This document shows, in pieces, positions 55,509-63,128 of a stretch of DNA of 63,128 nt. Each line of letters starts with the position of its first letter. The stretch's first letter is position 1. Source of the stretch: a virus (lineage: Duplodnaviria > Caudoviricetes); the IMG/VR virus record IMGVR_UViG_3300025266_000001, positions 1 to 63,128 of that record; one strand, given 5' to 3'. Under the pieces are notes generated by a model. That model saw only the letters and a list, made by a program, of their open reading frames with translations, had not been told where the DNA came from and searched no databases. The position numbers were made by a program, and so were the translations under genes.

Positions 55509-56072
55509 ATGAAATCTCCATATAATTTTATAGTAAAGCCCATAGATGGGAAGAGGTATAATAATTCAAAAAAAATAGGAGGTATTGATTTAATAATCAG
55601 CACCTCCGAGGAAGACCATCGGTTTTCAAACAGATACGCTGAGGTTATTGAGACACCTTTAAAGTATAAGGGACCTATATCTATAGGTGATACCCTACTA
55701 GTCCACCATAATGTTTTTAAATTTTACAACGATGTCAAAGGTCGTCAGAGAAGTGGAAGGAGTTATTTTAAGGATGACTTGTTTTTTATAGATCACGAAC
55801 AGTTTTTTTTATATCACAATGGAAAAGAATGGAAGTCTTATGACAGATACTGTTTTGTAAAACCAGTTCCTGTTAGTGAGTCTTATATATTTAAACCCTT
55901 TAGCGACGAGCCATTAGTTGGCTTAATGAAGTTCCCAAACGAATATCTAATCAGTAAGGGTGTTAATAAGGGGGATCTAGTTACATTTGCTCCTGAGAGT
56001 GAGTATGAGTTTACGGTAGATGACGAGAAGCTATATAGAATTTATGATCATCAGATAAGTATGGTGATATGA
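55509..56072 (+). CDS. GroES-like fold protein
   Basis: FIVKP...GGIDLII...AEVIETP...IGDTLLVHH and a second CFVKP...KGDLVTF module. Confidence 0.5.
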   Translation: MKSPYNFIVKPIDGKRYNNSKKIGGIDLIISTSEEDHRFSNRYAEVIETPLKYKGPISIGDTLLVHHNVFKFYNDVKGRQRSGRSYFKDDLFFIDHEQFFLYHNGKEWKSYDRYCFVKPVPVSESYIFKPFSDEPLVGLMKFPNEYLISKGVNKGDLVTFAPESEYEFTVDDEKLYRIYDHQISMVI

Positions 56073-56153
56073 GTAAAAAAGAAAATTGGATTTTCTTCGC
56101 AGAGGATTGGAACGAAGAGAACCTACCAATCAGAAAAATCAAACGAATAAAAG

Positions 56154-56435
56154 ATGACATCAAAAGAAATAAAGATAGAAATAATAAAAGCCGGGGAAAG
56201 AGCCGTGAAGGAGCTGATAGAGGTTGCGAAGGAGAAAATTATTAAAATTGATCCTGAAGATGCTCTGTCTGCGGACAGGTTAAAAAACGCAGCGGCTACA
56301 AAGAAACTCGCAATATTTGACGCTTTTGATATTCTCAGCAGGATTGATCTAGAAAGAGATGCTATTGAAATGTCTGAAAAAGGCGAAAGTAAAACTGATA
56401 CCAAACAAGGATTTGCAGAAAGAAACTCAAAATAA
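56154..56435 (+). CDS. Putative terminase small subunit
   Basis: Helical 93 aa, directly upstream of TerL; assignment by position only. Confidence 0.45.
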   Translation: MTSKEIKIEIIKAGERAVKELIEVAKEKIIKIDPEDALSADRLKNAAATKKLAIFDAFDILSRIDLERDAIEMSEKGESKTDTKQGFAERNSK

Positions 56436-58641
56436 CCTATATACAGTACTAAAAGACTATGTACCTAAGAGTGTGGTTACCCTTAAAAATAAAGGGAAGT
56501 CGTGGGCATATGGCTATGACTCAAAATATGAGATTATTGTTATATCAAAAGATGGGACAATAGGGGATATAATAAATATAAGTGGGTTGGTTATAGCTCT
56601 CCCGGCACCAGATAAAAAATGCTGGACAAGAGATACGAAAAAAGAGGAACAGTATTGGGAACGGCAGGAGTTGCCTAAGCCTTTAGATAAAATTAAAAAC
56701 ATACATCAATGGAATGATATGGACTCATCATTTAAAGATAGATGGGTTGATTACATTGAACAAGAATTTGACCATAGGGAGTATGGGATGTTCTTTAAAA
56801 ACAATGGGAATATATCTTACATAACAGGATCCCATTATATGTATATCCAATGGGCTAGTATTGATATTGGATACCCCGACTTTAGGGAGGCAAATAGAAT
56901 TTTTTGGATTTATTGGGAGGCTTGCAAGGCTGATAAGAGGAGTTTTGGAATGGATTACCTAAAGATTAGACGTTCAGGATTTTCTTTTATGTGCTCCTCT
57001 GAGTGTGTAAACACAGGCACACTCGCAAAAGATGCGAGGGTTGGAATACTATCTAAGACAGGTGGTGATGCTAAGAAGATGTTTACGGATAAGGTTGTTC
57101 CTATTTCTAATAGGCTGCCGTTCTTCTTCAGACCTATACAGGATGGTATGGATAAACCAAAGACTGAATTAGCTTTTAGGGTTCCAGCATCAAAGATCAC
57201 AAAGAAAAATATGTTCACTGTACAAGATGATGATATAGAGGGTCTTGATACAACAATTGACTGGAAGAATACCGATGACAACTCTTATGATGGTGAGAAG
57301 CTATTATTACTAGGTCACGACGAATCTGGTAAATGGATTAAGCCAAATAATATATTGAACAACTGGCGAGTTACAAAAACTTGTTTGAGATTAGGTAGCA
57401 AGATTATAGGCAAGTGTATGATGGGATCAACATCAAATGCTTTAAGTAAAGGTGGTGATAACTTTAAAAAATTATTTGAAGATTCATCTACATTAAAACG
57501 AAATAGAAATGGACAGACTCGTAGTGGATTGTATTCTTTATTCATTCCAATGGAGTGGAATATGGAGGGTTTTATTGATAGGTATGGTATGCCGGTTTTT
57601 AAAACACCTAAAGTTCCCGTAATGGGAATTGATGGTGAAATGATCGATCAGGGTGCTGTAGATTATTGGCAAGCCGAGGTTGATTCTTTAAAAAATGACG
57701 CTGATGCTTTGAATGAATTTTACCGTCAGTTCCCAAGATCTGAGTCTCACGCCTTTAGGGATGAGAGTAAACAGTCTTTGTTTAATCTAACTAAAATATA
57801 TCAGCAGATTGATTATAATGATTCTTTAATAAAGGAGCATCATATAACAAGGGGGTCTTTCTCTTGGAAGGATGGTATAAAAGATAGTAAGGTTATATTT
57901 AGCCCAAACAATAGTGGAAGGTTTTATATATCTTGGAATCCTAAGCCCCAAATGCAGAATAACTTTACAATAAAAAATGGTGTCAAATATGCAGGTAATG
58001 ATCATATTGGAGCATTTGGATGTGATAGTTATGACATATCAGGTACCGTTGGTGGTGGCGGATCTAACGGAGCACTTCACGGATTAACCGGGTTCCATAT
58101 GAATGAAGCTCCAATAAACACTTTTTTCTTAGAGTATATTGCCCGCCCACAGACGGCAGAGATATTTTATGAAGATGTATTAATGGCTTGTGTATTTTAT
58201 GGGATGCCAATCCTAATTGAGAACAACAAACCTAGGTTATTATATCATTTTAAGAATAGAGGATACAGGGGTTTCTGTATAAACAGACCAGACAAGCATT
58301 ACACAAAATTATCAAAGACAGAGAAAGAGTTAGGAGGAATACCAAACTCAAGCGAGTCTGTGAAGCAGGCTCACGCCACGGCGATAGAATCTTATATTGA
58401 GAAACATATTGGGATGGATACCATTGGAGATATGGGGGACTGCATATTTATGAGGACATTAGAAGATTGGGCAAAGTTTGATATTAGTAATAGAACGAAG
58501 CACGATGCCTCTATAAGTTCCGGTCTAGCTATAATGGCAAACCAAAAAAATCTATATTTACCTCAGCAAAAACAATCAAAAATAAAGATTAACTTTGCAA
58601 CATACAATAATAAAGGAACAATTAGCGAAATGATTAAATGA
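56359..58641 (+). CDS. Terminase large subunit (start uncertain)
   Basis: KIRRSGFS (Walker A), LLLGHDESGKW (Walker B), GSTSN, FGCDSYD, IENN, HDASISSG. Confidence 0.88.
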   Translation: MLLKCLKKAKVKLIPNKDLQKETQNNLYTVLKDYVPKSVVTLKNKGKSWAYGYDSKYEIIVISKDGTIGDIINISGLVIALPAPDKKCWTRDTKKEEQYWERQELPKPLDKIKNIHQWNDMDSSFKDRWVDYIEQEFDHREYGMFFKNNGNISYITGSHYMYIQWASIDIGYPDFREANRIFWIYWEACKADKRSFGMDYLKIRRSGFSFMCSSECVNTGTLAKDARVGILSKTGGDAKKMFTDKVVPISNRLPFFFRPIQDGMDKPKTELAFRVPASKITKKNMFTVQDDDIEGLDTTIDWKNTDDNSYDGEKLLLLGHDESGKWIKPNNILNNWRVTKTCLRLGSKIIGKCMMGSTSNALSKGGDNFKKLFEDSSTLKRNRNGQTRSGLYSLFIPMEWNMEGFIDRYGMPVFKTPKVPVMGIDGEMIDQGAVDYWQAEVDSLKNDADALNEFYRQFPRSESHAFRDESKQSLFNLTKIYQQIDYNDSLIKEHHITRGSFSWKDGIKDSKVIFSPNNSGRFYISWNPKPQMQNNFTIKNGVKYAGNDHIGAFGCDSYDISGTVGGGGSNGALHGLTGFHMNEAPINTFFLEYIARPQTAEIFYEDVLMACVFYGMPILIENNKPRLLYHFKNRGYRGFCINRPDKHYTKLSKTEKELGGIPNSSESVKQAHATAIESYIEKHIGMDTIGDMGDCIFMRTLEDWAKFDISNRTKHDASISSGLAIMANQKNLYLPQQKQSKIKINFATYNNKGTISEMIK

Positions 58642-61073
58642 AAGATGTTAAAATAAACATAACATCCGAAGGTTTTCCAAGCCAATTTGTGTCGGATTCA
58701 ATTAAAGCTTCAGAAGAATTTGGCTTGCAGATAGGGCAAGCTATTCAGTATGAGTGGTTTAAGAAAGACGGTGATGGAGGAAGGTACTACGGACAGTGGA
58801 GAAAATTCCATAAACTAAAACTGTATGCTCGCGGGGAGCAGTCGGTGGCAAAATATAAAAACGAATTAGCAGTTGATGGCGATTTATCTTATCTAAATTT
58901 AGACTGGACACCCGTACCTATATTGCCTAAGTTTATTGATATTGTTGTAAACGGTATGTCAGACAGACAGTTTAAGGTTAAGGCTTATGCACAGGATGCT
59001 ATGTCTCAATCCAAGCGAAGCAAGTATCAGGATATGATTGAGGGGCAGATGATTGCAAAGCCTATCTTAGAATCTATTTCAGAAAAGACGGGGGCAAATC
59101 CTTTTGTTACGGAACCAAACTCTCTGCCGGCTACGGATGAAGAGTTGTCTTTATATATGCAACTAAACTACAAGCCTGCAATTGAAATTGCAGAGGAAGA
59201 GGCTATCAACACATTATTTGACGCAAACCACTATGATGATATTCGTAAAAGAATTGATTATGATGAGACAGTTCTTGGAATAGGTATTGCTAAGCACGAG
59301 TTTTTGATGGGGGATGGAGTAAAAATTTCTTACGTTGATCCTGCAAATGTAGTTTATAGCTATACTGAAGACCCGCACTTTAAAGACTGTTTTTATTGGG
59401 GAGAAATTAAATGCTTACCAATTATTGAGTTAAAAAAAATTGATCCTACACTAACAAATGAAAACCTAGAAGAGATTTCTAAGTATGGGCAAGATTGGTA
59501 CGACCATTATGATGTATCACAATCTCAACAAAATGATATATTTCAACGAGACTCAGCCACTATAATGTACTTTAATTACAAAACAACTAAGGATGTTGTT
59601 TATAAGAAAAAAATTAAAGACAACGGAAACAAGAGTATGATTGAAAAAGATGACCAATTCAATCCTCCTATAGAAATGCAAGAAGAAGGTAAGTTTGAAA
59701 AGGTTTCAAAAACTATTGATGTATGGTATGAAGGGGTTATGGTTATGGGAACTAACATCTTGCTTCAATGGAAGTTGTCAGAAAATATGGTACGCCCACA
59801 GTCGGCAACTCAACACGCTTTACCAAACTATGTTGCTTGTGCTCCAAGAATGTACAAGGGTGTTATTGAGTCTTTAACCAGTAGAATGATTCCATTTGCA
59901 GATTTAATTCAGATAACTCATTTGAAACTTCAGCAAGTTATATCAAGGGTTGTTCCGGACGGTGTGTTTATTGATGCAGATGGTCTTAACGAGGTAGACC
60001 TAGGAACAGGAGCCGCTTATAATCCAGAGGACGCTTTAAGGCTATACTTCCAAACGGGTAGTGTAATAGGAAGAAGCTACACTCAAGACGGAGATTACAA
60101 TCAAGGAAAGGTTCCTATTAAAGAATTAAACTCTAGTTCGGGCGCATCGAAAACCCAAATGCTTTTAACCAACTACAATCACTATCTGAATCAGATCAGA
60201 CAGGTTACAGGTTTAAATGAGGCTAGAGACGCAAGTATGCCTGATTCAAACTCTTTAGTTGGGGTTCAAAAACTAGCGGCATTAAATTCTAATACTGCTA
60301 CGAGGCACATTCTTGATGCTAGTCTTTATATTTATAAGAGTTTGGCGGAGGCGTTAACCTATAGGGTAGCTGATATTTTACAATACTCAGACTTCGCAGA
60401 TGAATTTGTTAATCAAATTGGAAAGTATAACGTAAGTATTCTTAATGATATCAAAGATTTATATATTTATGATTTTGGTATTTTTATTGAGATATCTCCA
60501 GATGAGGAGCAGAAAGCGCAGCTTGAACAAAATATTCAGGTAGCTTTATCTAAAGGGGGGATTGATCTTGAGGATGCTATTGACATTAGAGAATTAAGAA
60601 ACCTTAAGCTTGCAAATCAGTTATTAAAAATGAAGCGCAAGGGGAAGATGGATAGGGAGCAGAAACAGGCACAAGAGAGCCAAGCGATGCAAAACCAGAT
60701 GCAGATGAACCAGCAGCAGATGGCTTCAGAAATGGCACTGCAAAAATTCCAATTAGAAATGCAGGGTAAGATGCAACTTAAACAAAGTGAGGTAGCCTTT
60801 GAAATCGAGAAGATGAAAAACGAAGCCCAGCTTAAGTCTCAGTTAATGAACCAAGAGTTTCAGTTAAATATGCAGTTGCGTGGTATTGAGACCAATCAAC
60901 TTCAGGATAGGGAAGATAAAAGAGAAGGGGCAAAGGCAAACAGAATTAGCCAACAAAACTCTGAACAGTCTAAACTAATAAACCAAAGGAAAAATAACCT
61001 AGCACCAATTAACTTTGAGTCGAATGAAGACAGTTTGGACGGGTTTGATCTAGCGGAATTTAATCCACGATAA
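58638..61073 (+). CDS. Portal protein
   Basis: 811 aa after TerL; YLNLDWTPVPILPKF, VTGLNEARD, Gln-rich C-terminal coiled-coil barrel. Confidence 0.85.
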   Translation: MKDVKINITSEGFPSQFVSDSIKASEEFGLQIGQAIQYEWFKKDGDGGRYYGQWRKFHKLKLYARGEQSVAKYKNELAVDGDLSYLNLDWTPVPILPKFIDIVVNGMSDRQFKVKAYAQDAMSQSKRSKYQDMIEGQMIAKPILESISEKTGANPFVTEPNSLPATDEELSLYMQLNYKPAIEIAEEEAINTLFDANHYDDIRKRIDYDETVLGIGIAKHEFLMGDGVKISYVDPANVVYSYTEDPHFKDCFYWGEIKCLPIIELKKIDPTLTNENLEEISKYGQDWYDHYDVSQSQQNDIFQRDSATIMYFNYKTTKDVVYKKKIKDNGNKSMIEKDDQFNPPIEMQEEGKFEKVSKTIDVWYEGVMVMGTNILLQWKLSENMVRPQSATQHALPNYVACAPRMYKGVIESLTSRMIPFADLIQITHLKLQQVISRVVPDGVFIDADGLNEVDLGTGAAYNPEDALRLYFQTGSVIGRSYTQDGDYNQGKVPIKELNSSSGASKTQMLLTNYNHYLNQIRQVTGLNEARDASMPDSNSLVGVQKLAALNSNTATRHILDASLYIYKSLAEALTYRVADILQYSDFADEFVNQIGKYNVSILNDIKDLYIYDFGIFIEISPDEEQKAQLEQNIQVALSKGGIDLEDAIDIRELRNLKLANQLLKMKRKGKMDREQKQAQESQAMQNQMQMNQQQMASEMALQKFQLEMQGKMQLKQSEVAFEIEKMKNEAQLKSQLMNQEFQLNMQLRGIETNQLQDREDKREGAKANRISQQNSEQSKLINQRKNNLAPINFESNEDSLDGFDLAEFNPR

Positions 61074-61122
61074 ATATAAAATTTATTGTGTAACTTTGTA
61101 ATATTATTAAATTTAATCAAAT

Positions 61123-62220
61123 ATGGAATTTCAAGTAAAAGATCTAGGAGAGACAGACGGTAAGTCTGTACAAGAAGTTGAGCAAAACCTACTCAATAAA
61201 CACGCATCAGAAAATGCAGAAGGGGCGGATGGCGCAGAGGCTTTGAAAGAAGTTGAAGCTGAAGAGGTATTAGAAGCAGATCCGGCAAAAGAAGGATTAA
61301 ACGAAGAACAAGTTCTTTCATTTATTGAAGAAAAATATGGTAAGCAAATAAATTCTCTTGATGAATTTACGCAAGCTAGAGAAGAGTCAGAACCTCTTCC
61401 TGAAGATGTGGCGGCTTACTTTAAATATAAAAAAGATACAGGGCGTGGGATCGAGGATTTTGTTAATTTAAGCAAAAATATCGACGAAATGAACCCTGAT
61501 AAATTGCTAAAGAGCTATTTAATGGCAACCGAAGAAGGTCTTGATGAAGATGATATCGACATTATGATAGAGGATTATTCATACGACGAAGATCTTGATG
61601 AAGAGTCAGACATTAGAAAAGCAAAATTAGCGAAGAAGAAGATAATTGCTAAAGCTAAAAATTATTTTGAAGCTGAGAAAGAAAAATACAAAGTACCTCT
61701 TGAGTCAAGGGGTGGTTCTATTTCTGAGGAAGATTCAAAAAACTTAGAGGCATATAAGCAATCTGTTCAAGAAGCAAATACTTACGAGGAGGCACTAGAT
61801 CGCAGAAGCGAATGGTACACTACCAAGTTGGATGAAACCTTTAACAACGAATTCAAGGGCTTTGAGTTTGAAATAGGAGACAGTAAACTTGTGTATTCTC
61901 CGGGAGATTCTACAGAATTACGTAAAGCACATTCGGATCCGGCAAACTTCACAAAGAAGTTTTTAACGGAGGATGGTCTTTTGAAAAATTCCAAAGGATA
62001 TCATAAGGCTTTGTCTATTGCAATGAACCCCGATAAATATGCCGAGTTCTTTTTTGAGCAAGGTAAAGCAGAGGCACTTGATGGTGCAATGCGTAAGGCA
62101 AAAAATGTAAATATGTCTCCGCGCCAAACACCACAACCAGCTGCGCTTTCGGGAGGAATGCAAATACGAGCAGTAGGAGACGACAAAGGTCGTGGACTAA
62201 AAATTAGAAGTAAAAAATAA
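61123..62220 (+). CDS. Putative scaffolding protein
   Basis: Highly acidic, between portal and capsid; FFFEQGKAEA...AKNVNM. Confidence 0.7.
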   Translation: MEFQVKDLGETDGKSVQEVEQNLLNKHASENAEGADGAEALKEVEAEEVLEADPAKEGLNEEQVLSFIEEKYGKQINSLDEFTQAREESEPLPEDVAAYFKYKKDTGRGIEDFVNLSKNIDEMNPDKLLKSYLMATEEGLDEDDIDIMIEDYSYDEDLDEESDIRKAKLAKKKIIAKAKNYFEAEKEKYKVPLESRGGSISEEDSKNLEAYKQSVQEANTYEEALDRRSEWYTTKLDETFNNEFKGFEFEIGDSKLVYSPGDSTELRKAHSDPANFTKKFLTEDGLLKNSKGYHKALSIAMNPDKYAEFFFEQGKAEALDGAMRKAKNVNMSPRQTPQPAALSGGMQIRAVGDDKGRGLKIRSKK

Positions 62221-62241
62221 TAACTTAAAAAAAAAACGATT

Positions 62242-63128
62242 ATGGCAGTACAAGCAGTACCGGGATATAACTTGCAGCCAAGTGCGCAACAAGTACCTTT
62301 AGCAACAAATTACATCAAGGATTTTAATTTCTTGAATCAATATCTTCCTGACACTTACGAAAAAGAATTCGAGCGTTATGGAAACAGAACAGTAGCATCA
62401 TTCTTGAGAATGGTGGGAGCTGAAATGCCTTCTAACTCTGACCTTATCAAATGGGCAGAACAAGGAAGGTTGCACACTAAATACACTAACTGTGCAACAG
62501 CGGCACTTGTAAATGCGTCAACAGCAACATTTACAGTGGGTGATGTAGGAATTCCTCCATACACAGCTGACAATGCAATTGCTGTTCGTGTTGGACAGAC
62601 AGTAATGTTAACCGATAATGCGGGTGGTGCAAACAACAAAGCAATCGTAACCGCAGTAAATGTAGGAGCAGATACTTTTACAGTTGCATTTTATGAAGCA
62701 GCTGGTTTAGCAGTAGCGGGAGCCGGAGCAGTATTTACTGTGTTCATTTATGGTTCTGAATTCAAAAAAGGAACTAACGGAATGGTAGGTTCTTTAGAAG
62801 CTGATGATATCTTCTTCGAGAATTCTCCAATCATTATCAAGGATAAGTATTCTGTATCAGGTTCTGATATGGCGCAAATTGGATGGGTAGAAGTTACTAC
62901 TGAAAATGGAGCAAACGGGTACCTATGGTATATGAAATCTGAGCACGAAACAAGACTTCGTTTTGATGATTACTTAGAAACTTCAATGATTGAGGCAGTT
63001 CCTGCAGAAGTAGGTTCTGGTGCAATCTCGGCAGGTGGTGATGTAGGAAATAAAGGATCTGAAGGTGTATTCTACACAGTAAACCAACGTGGAAACGTTT
63101 GGGGTGGTGGATTTCCAACGACTCTTCC
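62242..63128 (+). CDS. Major capsid protein, 5' part (continues through the join to nt 680; 479 aa total)
   Basis: ATG at 62242, MAVQAVPGYNLQPSAQQVPLATNY...YLPDTYEKEFERYGNR; open to the end and in frame with 225..680; follows portal and scaffold. Missed by the ORF track. Confidence 0.88.
   Translation, partial: MAVQAVPGYNLQPSAQQVPLATNYIKDFNFLNQYLPDTYEKEFERYGNRTVASFLRMVGAEMPSNSDLIKWAEQGRLHTKYTNCATAALVNASTATFTVGDVGIPPYTADNAIAVRVGQTVMLTDNAGGANNKAIVTAVNVGADTFTVAFYEAAGLAVAGAGAVFTVFIYGSEFKKGTNGMVGSLEADDIFFENSPIIIKDKYSVSGSDMAQIGWVEVTTENGANGYLWYMKSEHETRLRFDDYLETSMIEAVPAEVGSGAISAGGDVGNKGSEGVFYTVNQRGNVWGGGFPTTL

Noticed and set aside
63002-63128. Biological terminal direct repeat
   Set aside because: It is exactly 127 nt and falls mid-capsid gene, so it is best explained as assembler overlap.
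1-63128. Stop-codon reassignment
   Set aside because: Long genes are intact under the standard code, and TAA, TAG and TGA all terminate genes.

Overview
Apparently complete, circularly assembled genome of a lytic tailed dsDNA phage (63,001 bp unique; nt 1-127 are repeated at 63002-63128). TAnnTTTG promoters and A-rich translation starts point to a Bacteroidota host, probably Flavobacteriia. The + arm (44.6 kb round to 22.9 kb) carries GroEL/GroES, lysis genes, tail fibres, terminase, portal, scaffold, major capsid, podovirus-like tail proteins and ejection proteins, including a 3067-aa polyprotein-like one. The - arm (44.0 to 22.9 kb) carries early, recombination and replication genes: Sak-like SSAP, RecE-like exonuclease, SSB, primase-helicase and SNF2 helicase. 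No DNA polymerase, RNA polymerase or integrase was recognised. The standout is 32582-39440, an array of about 20 integron-like cassettes. Each body starts with GTTnnnnnn, ends with the reverse complement of its own start, and is followed by an attC-like hairpin. The genes lie on the opposite strand and often start inside the hairpin loop and read through its arm. There is an attI-like left end, a left-to-right decay gradient, and no recombinase in cis. The early region also holds two hammerhead ribozymes, two tRNA-like minihelices and other structured RNAs. All product calls come from motif recognition by eye; no database searches were run.
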